Counted from the first letter of the stretch, positions 46,249-56,934 are shown. The stretch is 64,000 nt of DNA from Bacteroidales bacterium (GCA_036759025.1 DAIOVL010000001.1:189807-253806); one strand, 5' to 3'. Notes: generated by a model not told the origin, from the sequence alone. Numbers and translations are program-made.

Positions 46249-47736
46249 ATGAAAAGCAACCGTCGTAATTTCCTTAAAACAGCAGCTTTTGCAGGTGCAG
46301 GAGCCGTTGCAGGCAGTATGATGCAGGGATGTGCACCCAAAGAGCCTGAATCCAACATGGCTGAGGTCCTTGCAGCAGTTAAAAAAACACATTCTCAAAA
46401 ATTCAATATGTCGGGTTATTCTGCACCTCCGCTACCGGTGGTGAGAGTAGGTCTGATAGGCCTTGGCGACAGGGGCAGCGGAGCTGTCCAGCGCCTGTCA
46501 CGGATAGAAGGAGTGGAGATAACCGCACTGGCCGACAAGCGGGAGGTTGCGGTAAAGGGATCGCAGAGATACCTTGAAAGCATAGGTAGACCTGCCGCCA
46601 GGGAATTCTTCGGATCGGAGGATGAATGGAAGAAAATGGCAGAACTTCCCGATCTTGACCTTATCTATATCTGTACACCATGGGTTCTTCATACGCCCAA
46701 CGCAGTGTATGCAATGGAACATGGAAAACATGCGGTGTGTGAAGTTCCTATAGCCAGAACAATCGATGAATGCTGGCAGCTTGTCGAGACATCTGAAAAG
46801 ACAAAGAAGCATTGCATGATGCTTGAAAACTGCTGCTACGATTTCTTTGAATTACTTACCCTCAATATGGCAAGGCAAGGTATGTTTGGTGATCTTATCC
46901 ATGGTGAAGGGGCATATATTCATAATCTTCTGGAAGGAAATTTCCTGAAGGTGGACGAAACAACGCCAACCAGCCGGGGATATACCGATATGTGGAGGCT
47001 GAGAGAAAATGCCACCAGGAACGGGAACCTCTACCCGACACACGGGCTGGGACCTATCTGCCAGATACTCAATATAAACCGTGGCGACAGGATGGATTAC
47101 CTGTCATCTGTTTCCACAGACGATTTTTCGATGGGCCCGAAGGAAAAAGAGAAAGTTGCGGCCGATCCTTTCTATGAGGAGTGGAGAAATGCTGAATTCA
47201 GAGGTAATATAAATACTACAATAATCAGAACGGCTCTTGGTAAAACAATGATGGTGCAACACGATGTGTCGTCGGAACAACCCTACTCCAGGATTCACCT
47301 TGTAAAGGGCACAAAGGGTATGGCTGTCAAATACCCCCGCCAGCTTATAGCCCTTGGAGAAAGATGGCTTAATGAAGAGGAAATGGCAAATATTTCAGCT
47401 GAACATACACCTGAGATAATCAAAAGGGTGGGAGAGATGGCCAGACAGGTTGGTGGTCATGGTGGTATGGACTTCATCATGGACTGGAGGATGATAGATT
47501 GCCTCAGGAACGGACTGCCTCTTGATCAGGATGTTTATGACGGAGCTGCATGGAGCGCTGTCGGACCGCTCAGTGAATGGTCTGTGGCTAACAGGTCTCA
47601 GTCGATAGAAGTACCTGATTTCACCGGAGGTTCGTGGAAAACCAATAAACCTCACGGTATAAACCTTGAAACAGGAGGAACGACAGGAATTATAGAGGCA
47701 AAAAGGAAAGCAGAAAGCCTGCAGATGAATGTCTGA
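46249..47736 (+). CDS. GH109-like NAD+-dependent glycosidase (alpha-N-acetylgalactosaminidase type), Tat signal
   Basis: SNRRNFLK; VGLIGLG.RG; ICTPW..H; EVP; MMLENCCYD; GNLYPTHGLGP; GGHGGMD; DVYD.A.WS. Confidence 0.88.
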   Translation: MKSNRRNFLKTAAFAGAGAVAGSMMQGCAPKEPESNMAEVLAAVKKTHSQKFNMSGYSAPPLPVVRVGLIGLGDRGSGAVQRLSRIEGVEITALADKREVAVKGSQRYLESIGRPAAREFFGSEDEWKKMAELPDLDLIYICTPWVLHTPNAVYAMEHGKHAVCEVPIARTIDECWQLVETSEKTKKHCMMLENCCYDFFELLTLNMARQGMFGDLIHGEGAYIHNLLEGNFLKVDETTPTSRGYTDMWRLRENATRNGNLYPTHGLGPICQILNINRGDRMDYLSSVSTDDFSMGPKEKEKVAADPFYEEWRNAEFRGNINTTIIRTALGKTMMVQHDVSSEQPYSRIHLVKGTKGMAVKYPRQLIALGERWLNEEEMANISAEHTPEIIKRVGEMARQVGGHGGMDFIMDWRMIDCLRNGLPLDQDVYDGAAWSAVGPLSEWSVANRSQSIEVPDFTGGSWKTNKPHGINLETGGTTGIIEAKRKAESLQMNV

Positions 47737-47749
47737 TAATGAAGCGTGG

Positions 47750-49102
47750 CTAATGAGACACCAATATTTCCGTTCCCTCGATTCTCAATACCCATACATA
47801 TTTTCCCGGTACTGATGTACTGTCGGGCAGTTCAATTGTCAGACCCTCACCGTCTTCCCATTTCCAGGTGAGGTCGCCGTCGTGACCATACATACTTATT
47901 ACTGATCCTTCAGCAGGTCTAACCTGTCTGATAACCAGACCGGTGTCGGGAAGGCTGAAGAGGAATACGTTAATATGATTTCCGTCGGATGACCGTGTAT
48001 ATCTGATGTTATCTCCTTCGCTGTACTGCCGGAGAGGTCTGGTATTGTATATTGCTTCACCGTTAATTCTGAGCCATTCGCCGGTTTCCCTTAGCCTTGA
48101 AATACTGGCATCAGGGATATCCCCTTCAGCTGTCGGTCCAACATTGAGAAGGAAATTTCCTCCTTTGGAAACTATTTCAACAAGATTCTTAATTAGAGTT
48201 CCAGAGGATTTCCAGTTCGTGTCATTTGTCTTAAATCCCCATGTATCATTCATTGTCATGCACGATTCCCAGGGAAAATCGGATTTTGTGGACAGTATCT
48301 CCTGCTCCGGTGTTCCAAAGTCACCGGTAGCAGTACTGTCCTTGTTCATACCCTGCATTCCCAGCCTGCCTTTACCAACTCTGTTGTTGATGATGATATC
48401 TGGCTGAATATTCCTGACGTAATTGTAGAGATCTCTGCCCTGTTCTTCAGTCCAGTCGTTTATCCACTCCCCGTCGAACCAGAGAACGCCAATTTTACCA
48501 TAGCCCGTCAATAATTCCTTTAACTGGGGTTTGAGATATTCTTCCCGGTATTTTTCCCATTTGCCGGAATTGGCATCAGGGTGGTGCCAGTCCATTATGG
48601 AGTGATAAAAACCAAGTTTTATGCCTTGTCGCCTGCATTCATAGGAGAGAGCTTTCAGTACATCCTCCCCGTAGGGAGAAAAGTCGGCGATATCATATTT
48701 TGACACTTCGGAATCCCACATGGAAAACCCGTCATGATGCTTTGAAGTGATTATTATATATTTCATGCCGGCATCTGCGGCGATTTTCACCCATTCACGT
48801 GCATTGAACTTTTCAGGATTGAACACTTTTCCGAATTTCTCATATTCCTCAACGGGTATTTTTGCTGTGCTCATAATCCATTCACCAATTCCCGGTATCT
48901 CTTCTTCGTTATATACACCTGCAGGCACAGAATAGATGCCCCAGTGGATGAACATCCCGAATTTTGCATCGTGCCACCATTCCATTCTTTCAGCCTTTGC
49001 CTCAGGTTTTTCATTAAGGTAATCAACAGGTTCTTTGGGTTTGCATGAGAATGCAGTGAACAGCATACTGATAATTGCCGTTATTAACAGAGATTTTTTC
49101 AT
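47750..49102 (-). CDS. Alpha-L-fucosidase, GH29, lipoprotein
   Basis: WWHDAKFGMFIHWG.YS, TSKHHDGF, LWFDGEW, WESCMTMN..WG, GNFLLNVGP. Confidence 0.93.
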   Translation of the reverse strand: MKKSLLITAIISMLFTAFSCKPKEPVDYLNEKPEAKAERMEWWHDAKFGMFIHWGIYSVPAGVYNEEEIPGIGEWIMSTAKIPVEEYEKFGKVFNPEKFNAREWVKIAADAGMKYIIITSKHHDGFSMWDSEVSKYDIADFSPYGEDVLKALSYECRRQGIKLGFYHSIMDWHHPDANSGKWEKYREEYLKPQLKELLTGYGKIGVLWFDGEWINDWTEEQGRDLYNYVRNIQPDIIINNRVGKGRLGMQGMNKDSTATGDFGTPEQEILSTKSDFPWESCMTMNDTWGFKTNDTNWKSSGTLIKNLVEIVSKGGNFLLNVGPTAEGDIPDASISRLRETGEWLRINGEAIYNTRPLRQYSEGDNIRYTRSSDGNHINVFLFSLPDTGLVIRQVRPAEGSVISMYGHDGDLTWKWEDGEGLTIELPDSTSVPGKYVWVLRIEGTEILVSH

Positions 49103-49183
49103 TTACAGGTTGTTATAATTATACATACCAGCAGATTTTCTGCTGATGCTATTGTGAATATCGGGTTGCATTTATTGTAAAGT

Positions 49184-50869
49184 TCAGTATCCGGCTGCCT
49201 GTCCGTCCTTTCTCGATTCTGAAGCTCCAAACCAGACTTTGTTAACATCATCCCACATTATAGCCTGATAACCTCCGTAACCTCCCAGGTCCCATTGGAT
49301 TGTATGACCCATCGACAGGAGCTTCCGGATTATGTCGGTACTGAAACCGCTTTCCAGGTTGAGAATTCCCCCTGTTGTCATTTCAAGTCCTGTTGGTTCT
49401 GATGATCCTGTATGGTAGATCCTGGGTGCATCACCGGCTTCCTGAAGGTTCATTCCGAAATCGATCAGGTTGACGATAATCTGGACATGACCCTGTGGCT
49501 GCATGTCTCCTCCCATCACTCCAAAACTTATCCATGGCTTGTTATTCCTTGTTATGAAAGCCGGTATAATCGTATGAAAAGGACGCTTGCCCGGAGCGTA
49601 CACATTGGCATGTCCCGATGCCAGGCTGAACATCTCCCCTCTGTCCTGAAGAACGAATCCGAGTCCTGTGGGACACATTCCGGATCCCATACCCCGGTAA
49701 TTGCTTTGGATCAGTGACACCATATTCCCATGTTGGTCGGCTACCGTAAGGTAGATGGTATTGCCGGCTTCAATATTTCCTGCGCTGTACACCCTTGAAG
49801 CCTTTTCGGGATTGATAAGTTTTCTTCTTTCCGCTGCGTAGGTCTTTGACAGCAGCGTGGAAACGGGGACTTTCGTGAACCTGGGATCTGCATAGTATTT
49901 TGCCCTGTCCTCGAAGGCAAGCTTTTTTGCTTCGGTCAGTGCATGGATATATTCGGCTGATCCAAAACCCATGGTGGCTATGTCGAAACCCTCCAGAATA
50001 TTCAATATTTGCAAGGCTGCAATACCTTGTCCGTTGGGAGGAAGTTCCCATACCTGGACACCACGGTATGTTGTGCTTACCGGTTCAACCCATTCGGAGT
50101 TATGTCTGGCCATGTCGTTATATGTAAGGAAACCTCCCTGTTTTTTCATGAATTCATCAATGCTTCTTGCTATCGATCCCCTGTAGAATTCGTTGCGGCC
50201 TCCTTTGGCTATTCTTTCAAGTGTAGCTGCGAGCTGCGGATTTTTAAATATCTCACCCTTTGAAGGAGACCTGCCTCCAGGCATATATACTTCCCTGATG
50301 TTTGGAAATTCCATAAGCCGCTCTGTCCCCAGCTCAAGATAATATGCAATCACTTCAGTAACAGGGAATCCTTCCCTTGCATAATTTATGGCTGGTTGCA
50401 GAATGTCTCTCATGGGAATCCTTCCGAACATATCATGCATTTCGAACCAGCCGTCGACACATCCGGGTACTGTGACAGGAAGAGGTCCCAGGGCAGGGAT
50501 GAACTCATAACCATTTTCACTGAAATATTCAAGCCGCAGTGACCGTGGCGACCTGCCGCTGCCATTCAGACCATAGAGTTTTTTCTTTTCAGAACTCCAT
50601 ATCAGGGCAAAAATATCACCTCCGATACCGCAACCGGTAGGCTCAACCACTCCAAGGACCGCATTTGCAGCAATCGCCGCATCGATAGCGTTTCCTCCTT
50701 TTTTCAATATGTCTATGGCAACCTGAGTTGCCAGAGGATGGCTTGTGGCGGCCATCCCGTTGCGTGCAATAACTTCTGAACGAGTTGCAAAACTGTAGCC
50801 TGTAATCCTGTCCTGAGCCGACAGAATTACTGGAAACAAAAGGAGCAAAAGAGATATTTTTTCCCTCAT
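49184..50869 (-). CDS. ggt: Gamma-glutamyltransferase
   Basis: GGNAIDAAIA, GIGGD, VTVPG, WELPPNGQG, nucleophile Thr in NTIYL, PGKRP.HTI.P, GVMGG.MQPQGH. Confidence 0.95.
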   Translation of the reverse strand: MREKISLLLLLFPVILSAQDRITGYSFATRSEVIARNGMAATSHPLATQVAIDILKKGGNAIDAAIAANAVLGVVEPTGCGIGGDIFALIWSSEKKKLYGLNGSGRSPRSLRLEYFSENGYEFIPALGPLPVTVPGCVDGWFEMHDMFGRIPMRDILQPAINYAREGFPVTEVIAYYLELGTERLMEFPNIREVYMPGGRSPSKGEIFKNPQLAATLERIAKGGRNEFYRGSIARSIDEFMKKQGGFLTYNDMARHNSEWVEPVSTTYRGVQVWELPPNGQGIAALQILNILEGFDIATMGFGSAEYIHALTEAKKLAFEDRAKYYADPRFTKVPVSTLLSKTYAAERRKLINPEKASRVYSAGNIEAGNTIYLTVADQHGNMVSLIQSNYRGMGSGMCPTGLGFVLQDRGEMFSLASGHANVYAPGKRPFHTIIPAFITRNNKPWISFGVMGGDMQPQGHVQIIVNLIDFGMNLQEAGDAPRIYHTGSSEPTGLEMTTGGILNLESGFSTDIIRKLLSMGHTIQWDLGGYGGYQAIMWDDVNKVWFGASESRKDGQAAGY

Positions 50870-50888
50870 GATTTTAATACATGTTTTG

Positions 50889-50896
50889 CAAAATTA
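50889..50896 (-). promoter_or_regulatory. -7 promoter element (TAATTTTG) for ggt
   Basis: CAAAATTA on + strand, 20 bp upstream of start. Confidence 0.5.
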
Positions 50897-50907
50897 GCAA
50901 ATCCATG

Positions 50908-51618
50908 CTACTGTTTTGCCATTGCCAGCGATTTTAATTCAGCAGGCAGCTTCTCGATAGCATACCTTAATGCAGTTCTTGGCATGGTTTTTTTCCTTTG
51001 CATAACATAGCTGAAGACTTCCATCTGATGAGCCTGACTTGCCGCCTTTAGCATCCAGCCATATCCTTTCTGAACCATGTCGTCGGTATCTGAGTGAAGT
51101 ATATCAGCTATTTCAAAGATGTCATCCAGGAACAAGCCTTTTCGGGCAGGAACGATCAGAGAAACTGCTGAAGCGCGTTTCATCCACCGGCCAGGCGCCA
51201 GCGCCCACTTTTTCAAATCTTTAAGACTAGAAGGATACATCATCAGAAATGTCCCTACATTATGGTTACAGAGTGTGTCGCATGTTGCCCAGTTTGTTAC
51301 ATATCTGGCAACCCAGTTTTCAAAAACCTCAAAATCACCCGGCATATACTGGTTTCTGATATTATATGACCACATACAAGCTATCCCCGCCTCTTCCAGA
51401 TATCCCGATTTAAATAATTCTTCACATAGAATGAAAATCTCAGACTTATTCTTATCAGGCAATTTCCGGAAATATTCCCTGCTTATTTTTTCAACCTGTG
51501 CCGATTTTAATCCATGGATCTTTACTTCTTCCTTAAAATAGTACTCTCCCTGCTTCCTGGTCTTTTCATCGGAAAACCTTACAAGTTCTGCTCTTATTTT
51601 TTTTACAATTTCGCTCAT
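50908..51618 (-). CDS. AlkD-like DNA alkylation repair protein (HEAT repeat)
   Basis: NWATCD, W.KRA..VS, DMVQKGYGWMLK, MPRTALRYAIEK. Confidence 0.88.
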   Translation of the reverse strand: MSEIVKKIRAELVRFSDEKTRKQGEYYFKEEVKIHGLKSAQVEKISREYFRKLPDKNKSEIFILCEELFKSGYLEEAGIACMWSYNIRNQYMPGDFEVFENWVARYVTNWATCDTLCNHNVGTFLMMYPSSLKDLKKWALAPGRWMKRASAVSLIVPARKGLFLDDIFEIADILHSDTDDMVQKGYGWMLKAASQAHQMEVFSYVMQRKKTMPRTALRYAIEKLPAELKSLAMAKQ

Positions 51619-51788
51619 AGTATGATATTTAAATTCAAAATTTAAAAACACTGATATGATATTCAGGAAAAATACCGTATCAGTTTTATGATTTTAAGAT
51701 GAGACTGATATCACGAATTTCGTAAAATTACCTGAGATTAGTTCGCTTTTTAATAAATTAGCAGCATATGTAAACCAAAATCTGTTTT

Positions 51789-53471
51789 ATGAAAAAGATC
51801 TCTTTTCTATTGCTTATGGTTTCGTTATCATTTACCATGATAATTGCGCAGACTCCGGATGCGATAATGTGGCAAAAGTATGAAATTGAATTCACAAGTT
51901 CTGTCGAATATGAGAATCCGGTTCAGCAGGTAAGGTCTTTTGAAATCACTTTTACTTCGCCCGGGGGTTCGGTAAAGACCATCAACGGATTCTGGGACGG
52001 AGGGTTGACATGGCGGGCAAGGTTTATGCCAGATGAAACAGGGAAGTGGTTTTTTGAAACAAAGTGTTCTGATGCAAAAAACCAGGGACTGAACGAACGG
52101 AAGGGCTACTTCAACTGTATTCAGAACAGCAGGCAGGAAGCAATCTATATGCATGGTCCGGTAATAAATCCAAATGGCACATACCATCTTACACATGCAG
52201 ATGGCACACCTTTTTTCTGGCTAGCATGCACAGCATGGAACGGAGCTCTTAAATCGACAGAGGAAGAATGGGATCACTACCTGAAGCAACGGGTTGACAA
52301 CAGTTACAGTGTAATTCAGCTTGTTACCACCCAGTGGCGGGGTTGTGACAGGAGCAGCGATGGATTGATCGCTTTTACAGGCTGTGGACGTATAAGCGTT
52401 AATCCTGAATTTTTCAGGCTTATAGACCGCAAGATAGACAGGGTTAATGATATGGGTCTTGTGGCTGCTCCGGTTGTTTTGTGGGCACTTCAGTCCGGTT
52501 CAGGAAGGGAACTTAGCCCTGGCTATTATCTTCCTGATGATCAGGCTGTTCTTCTGGCTAAATATATCGTTGCCAGGTACGGAGGCAACCATGTTGTTTG
52601 GTTTCTGGGAGGTGACGGGAACTATACCGGGAATTATGAGCAGAGATGGAAAACAATTGGAAGAGCAGTCTTTGACGGGAAGCATCAGGGGCTTGTGGCC
52701 CAGCACCCCCAGGGAAGATCGTGGATAGGGGAAATTTACAAAGATGAACCATGGCTTGATATAATTGGCTACCAGAGCAGTCACAGTAACGCAGAAGCTA
52801 CTGTTAACTGGATAACAAAAGGACCTATGAGCAGGATGTGGGACAAATTGCCTGCACGTCCTCTGATAAACCTGGAACCAAACTATGAACAGATAGGGTT
52901 CAGGATCACTGAGAAGGATGTTAGAAACGCAGCCTGGTGGAGTCTTTTTGCCACACCAATATCCGGAATAAGCTATGGCGCCAACGGTATATGGCCATGG
53001 CTCAGGGAAGGAGAGAAGATACTTAATCATAACGATGCTCCGGGGACATCCCTGTGGAATGTAAGCATAGAATTTCCTGGTTCAGTCCAGATGGGCTATC
53101 TCGCTCAGTTTATTAAGAAATTTATGTGGTGGAATTTCTATCCGTCACAGGAGATCCTAATCGAACAGCCCGGAGATATAAAATACAATAATTTTGTGTC
53201 GGTCGTGAAGAGCACAGATAACAGATTCATCCTTGCCTATTTGCCGGAAAAGAATACAATAAGACTCAGAAAACCCCATGGTCATAATTATTCTGTCAGA
53301 TGGTTTGATCCGGCAAATAACACTTATACATCAGGAACTTCTGAAGTGGAAGGGTCTGTAATAACGGTTACTTCCCCCTCCGACGGGGATCTGGTATTGA
53401 TACTTGAGGAACAGAGTGACGTAAATCTCAAACCCAGGGACAGGCGGATTGTTACCAGGGGAAGAAACTGA
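51789..53471 (+). CDS. DUF5060 + DUF4038 (GH140 apiosidase-like) + collagen-binding-like domain protein, secreted
   Basis: GFWDGG..W.ARF.P...G.W; DGTPFFWL..TAW; VVWFLGGDG; NLEPNYE; G.SYGA.GIW; WFDP. Confidence 0.78.
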   Translation: MKKISFLLLMVSLSFTMIIAQTPDAIMWQKYEIEFTSSVEYENPVQQVRSFEITFTSPGGSVKTINGFWDGGLTWRARFMPDETGKWFFETKCSDAKNQGLNERKGYFNCIQNSRQEAIYMHGPVINPNGTYHLTHADGTPFFWLACTAWNGALKSTEEEWDHYLKQRVDNSYSVIQLVTTQWRGCDRSSDGLIAFTGCGRISVNPEFFRLIDRKIDRVNDMGLVAAPVVLWALQSGSGRELSPGYYLPDDQAVLLAKYIVARYGGNHVVWFLGGDGNYTGNYEQRWKTIGRAVFDGKHQGLVAQHPQGRSWIGEIYKDEPWLDIIGYQSSHSNAEATVNWITKGPMSRMWDKLPARPLINLEPNYEQIGFRITEKDVRNAAWWSLFATPISGISYGANGIWPWLREGEKILNHNDAPGTSLWNVSIEFPGSVQMGYLAQFIKKFMWWNFYPSQEILIEQPGDIKYNNFVSVVKSTDNRFILAYLPEKNTIRLRKPHGHNYSVRWFDPANNTYTSGTSEVEGSVITVTSPSDGDLVLILEEQSDVNLKPRDRRIVTRGRN

Positions 53472-53480
53472 CAGTTGTAA

Positions 53481-54716
53481 TTATTTCATGTTTTTCCAGA
53501 ATTTTTCCTCAGAGGCCTTCAGTTCCTTATCTCTCTTTTTCTGAAGCAGCAAAACATATATGCCTGCTATTACGCTGATGGAAAGTATTATCAGAAAGAT
53601 GTATCTGATCATCTCTGAAGTCTCCGGATCGGGAACCATCGTGGCAGAAGAGCTGTCAGAGAGGCCTTCCTCAATCCTGTGACCGACGTCGATCATGAAC
53701 AGGTTCTTCATGAAGAATAATGAGAAATATGTAAACAGCCCGGATAGTACAGGAGTGGCAACCCATCCTGCAGCTATTTGACCCAGCAGTCTGAAATTTA
53801 TATTCCTAACTCCCTTGTACAGACCTATTCCAATGACGCTTCCGACAATAACCTGTGAACTTGAAACAGGCACCAGCGGTATGGCAGGCAGACCGACACC
53901 TGCGAGAAGTTCTGACAGCCACGAAGAGCTGAAGATGAATAAAACGATTGATTGTGACAGCACGACAACCATTGCTGCTTCGGATGAAAGTTCCACAATG
54001 TTGGCACCAACCGTCTGCATTACTTTTTTTGAGTAGGTAATAATACCGGTTGCGATTGCAAGACCTCCAAGTAAAAATAGCTGCTGTGCCGACGAAAGTG
54101 AAAAAGGACCGATAATAAGCGGCTCAAGTGCAACAGCCGGAACAAAAACTCCCATCACATTGGCTATATTGTTGGCACCCAGGCTATATGCTCCCAGCGC
54201 GCCAGCCAGAAGAAGTCCGGTTTTTATATAGGATTCAAATCTGATAATATGGATCCTTGAAACTTTTTTGATGGCGGTAATGGAAGTGAAGAGTAATACC
54301 CCGAAGATGGCTCCAAGGACAGGCCCAGATATCCATGTGGCAACAATTTTGGAAAGAGTTCCGGCATCAGTGCGGTTTCCTGTAAAGAGATTCCATCCTA
54401 TAATGGCTCCCACAATTGCCTGCGTTGTGGAAACAGGCAGGGAGAATTTTGTCATAAGATATACAGTGACAGCAGCAGCCAGTGAAAGGGTAAATGATCC
54501 TCCGATTGCATTTACGGCACCGAGTTTACCAAGTGTCTGTGCTCCGCCGGCTCCCTGCAGAACAGCTCCCACAATCACGAAAACAGACGCAATAATGGCC
54601 GCTCTCCTGAAAGTGACCATCTTTGATCCGACAGCTGATCCAAAGATGTTTGATGCATCGTTGGCGCCGAGTGACCACCCCAGAAAAAGTCCGCTTGTCA
54701 GGAAAAACAGGATCAT
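53481..54716 (-). CDS. PiT-family inorganic phosphate transporter
   Basis: GWSLGANDASN, PVSTTQA.VG, GANNIAN, PVSSSQ..VG. Confidence 0.92.
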   Translation of the reverse strand: MILFFLTSGLFLGWSLGANDASNIFGSAVGSKMVTFRRAAIIASVFVIVGAVLQGAGGAQTLGKLGAVNAIGGSFTLSLAAAVTVYLMTKFSLPVSTTQAIVGAIIGWNLFTGNRTDAGTLSKIVATWISGPVLGAIFGVLLFTSITAIKKVSRIHIIRFESYIKTGLLLAGALGAYSLGANNIANVMGVFVPAVALEPLIIGPFSLSSAQQLFLLGGLAIATGIITYSKKVMQTVGANIVELSSEAAMVVVLSQSIVLFIFSSSWLSELLAGVGLPAIPLVPVSSSQVIVGSVIGIGLYKGVRNINFRLLGQIAAGWVATPVLSGLFTYFSLFFMKNLFMIDVGHRIEEGLSDSSSATMVPDPETSEMIRYIFLIILSISVIAGIYVLLLQKKRDKELKASEEKFWKNMK

Positions 54717-54759
54717 AGCAAAAAAAATAATTCTATCGGGAAATGGAAAAGGATCTTTA

Positions 54760-55410
54760 CTACATAACTATTTTAATAGCCATAACGGAAAGCAGGTCTG
54801 CTGCTTTCTGTGCAAGGTCGGAAATATTCTCTATATGATGTACAATGTATCTCAGGTGTGATTTCTGTGCAAGGTCGATATCTTTAAGCTCCCGGAAAAC
54901 GCGTTTTTTGATCCTGATGGACAATTTATCAGTTTCGCTTTCAAAGTAATATACTTTAAGGAGTTTCTCTCTTACGGTATAGGGTGCCTTGAAATATGCA
55001 CGGGCGGCAGGTACAAGCTCTTCCGCCGCATTTGCCGATGATTCGGCCAGTGTGATGAAATCCTTATCGAGTTCGGAGGGGATTACCGGCATTTCTGTTA
55101 TTATTTCATTCATCGACTTTTTGATGGTGTCGATAATCTCATCAATCTTGTCGATCAGCATAGCCACTTCAGCCCTGTGCTGGGGAAGAATGGAGTGGGT
55201 GATCATGTCATTTTCAATGATCCTCTGAAGCTTGTCTGCATTTCCTTCCAGTGACTCAACCTTGTGAAGATGCCTTTCATAGGCTTCATAATCTTTATGT
55301 ATGTAACTTTTTATCCCTTCCCGGAATACGAGAACACCAAGTTCAATATTGTCAAAGAATTCGTCAATCCTGAGGATTACCTTCTTTGTCGTTCTTTCAA
55401 ATACTGCCAT
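54760..55410 (-). CDS. DUF47 / PhoU-like phosphate transport regulator
   Basis: LE..AD.L, ESETD, ENISD.A..AAD; adjacent to PiT. Confidence 0.88.
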   Translation of the reverse strand: MAVFERTTKKVILRIDEFFDNIELGVLVFREGIKSYIHKDYEAYERHLHKVESLEGNADKLQRIIENDMITHSILPQHRAEVAMLIDKIDEIIDTIKKSMNEIITEMPVIPSELDKDFITLAESSANAAEELVPAARAYFKAPYTVREKLLKVYYFESETDKLSIRIKKRVFRELKDIDLAQKSHLRYIVHHIENISDLAQKAADLLSVMAIKIVM

Positions 55411-55477
55411 TGATAAGATTATGATTGCTAAAAACCGTCATTGTCCGTTTAACTCAAAGATAATAAAAAAGTGAAAC

Positions 55478-56848
55478 TCAGAAATCTATTATTTTCCCGA
55501 CCTTGTTTGATCTGAGATACTGCTTGATTATAACCTGGATATCGCGATTATCTGGGGATGGCACAATGCAGTCGTGCAGAGCTGAAAGTCCGAATCCCAT
55601 GTCGCCGATATTGAAATATCCGTATCCTGCGTATTTCCCGTTAACAATCTTAATTGCGGATCTTTCTTCTTCATTCCTGCCGCTGTCGATAATAAAAAAA
55701 TTCCTTCGGGAAAAAACAAACTCCCCAGCAGCCTGGGATGCTCTCTCATTATATTTTCCGGGAGCCTCCAGTCCGCAGCAAGCTCCCCTGCACAGGCCTA
55801 CATGATGATGGAAGCAGGCACCGTCAGTTTCATATAGGCCGGAAAGCTTCTGGCAGAGCTGATAATACTCCACAAGAGAAGCCAGTTTAGACCTTGCTTT
55901 TTCACGGGTGGAAAAAACGGAGAGAGGAACATCTTCATTATCAATGTGTTTATATGTGAAGTTCAGGTAGCCCTTTTCGTCGGTATAACTATAAATTCCC
56001 CACTGGAACAAAGCTCTTCTCTGAGCCCTGTTGAAAAGGGGTTTGCAGGCTTTAATTTCCGACGATTCCCTCAGAAGTGCAACCAGCTCGCTTCCTGTTA
56101 CTTCATAATCGATAGCAGCGATCATATCGCGCATTTCCATGGCTCTGCCTGTGGTGTTATTAGACAGGTGGGTGTAGATCCTCTGCTTCAGATCGCGGCT
56201 TTTGCCGATATAAATGAGATCGCCCCTGTCATTGTAAAAATAGTAGATACCGGGTTCTTCAGGTATGTTCTCAATCGTGGAAAGATCCAGCTGGGGATGA
56301 AGCTTCGATATCCTGGTGTTCCTTATCAGGTCCGATCTGGCACCATTTATTTCATTGTCCCGGCTGAGAAGTATCTCAAATAGTTTTACCGTGGCAAGGG
56401 CGTCGCCGGCAGCCCTGTGACGGTCATTGATCTTTATGTTAAGGTCTCTGCAAATGTTACCCAGGCTGTATGACCGGTGACCCGGGAACAGCTTCCTGCT
56501 GAGTGCAACGGTATCGAGTACATTCCTTCTGAAGTTGTAGCCGAGTGATTTGAATTCCTGCCTGATGAAAGAATAATCAAACCTCGCATTATGTGCAACG
56601 AATGTCCTTCCTTCAGTCAGTTCAACGATTGTACGTGCCACTTCGTAGAACCTGGGGGCATTTTCAACCATTTCATTGGTTATCCCCGTAAGGTTGGTAA
56701 TGTAATATGGGATGTTTCTTTCAGGATTGACCAGGGTGGAATATTCTCCCGTGATTTTTTCGCCGTCATGAAGAAAAACAGCCACCTCAGTGATCTTCTC
56801 AAGCTTCGCGCTGCCTCCTGTGGTTTCAATGTCAACTATCGCGTACAT
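55478..56848 (-). CDS. DEDDh (DnaQ-like) exonuclease fused to GIY-YIG/UvrC-like domain
   Basis: VDIETTG, FVAHNARFD, HRA.GDA; PGIYYFY....DLIYIGKS. Confidence 0.9.
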   Translation of the reverse strand: MYAIVDIETTGGSAKLEKITEVAVFLHDGEKITGEYSTLVNPERNIPYYITNLTGITNEMVENAPRFYEVARTIVELTEGRTFVAHNARFDYSFIRQEFKSLGYNFRRNVLDTVALSRKLFPGHRSYSLGNICRDLNIKINDRHRAAGDALATVKLFEILLSRDNEINGARSDLIRNTRISKLHPQLDLSTIENIPEEPGIYYFYNDRGDLIYIGKSRDLKQRIYTHLSNNTTGRAMEMRDMIAAIDYEVTGSELVALLRESSEIKACKPLFNRAQRRALFQWGIYSYTDEKGYLNFTYKHIDNEDVPLSVFSTREKARSKLASLVEYYQLCQKLSGLYETDGACFHHHVGLCRGACCGLEAPGKYNERASQAAGEFVFSRRNFFIIDSGRNEEERSAIKIVNGKYAGYGYFNIGDMGFGLSALHDCIVPSPDNRDIQVIIKQYLRSNKVGKIIDF

Positions 56849-56907
56849 GCTCCTATAAGCAGCTGTGAATATAGTAACAAATGAGGGTAATGAGAATAAA
56901 TGTTTAG

Positions 56908-56915
56908 TATTTTTG
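56908..56915 (+). promoter_or_regulatory. -7 promoter element (TATTTTTG) for the class IV aminotransferase
   Basis: TAnnTTTG 20 bp upstream of start. Confidence 0.5.
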
Positions 56916-56934
56916 TGGGAAAATCCCTCTATTT

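Noticed and set aside
51666-51676. Bacteroidota SOS box (GGA-N5-TCC) shared by alkD, SRAP, ssb and the exonuclease
   Set aside because: Only a one-mismatch GGAAAAATACC upstream of alkD; no match found upstream of the others
53481-55410. PiT + DUF47 pair as a novel system
   Set aside because: Well-known phosphate transport pairing
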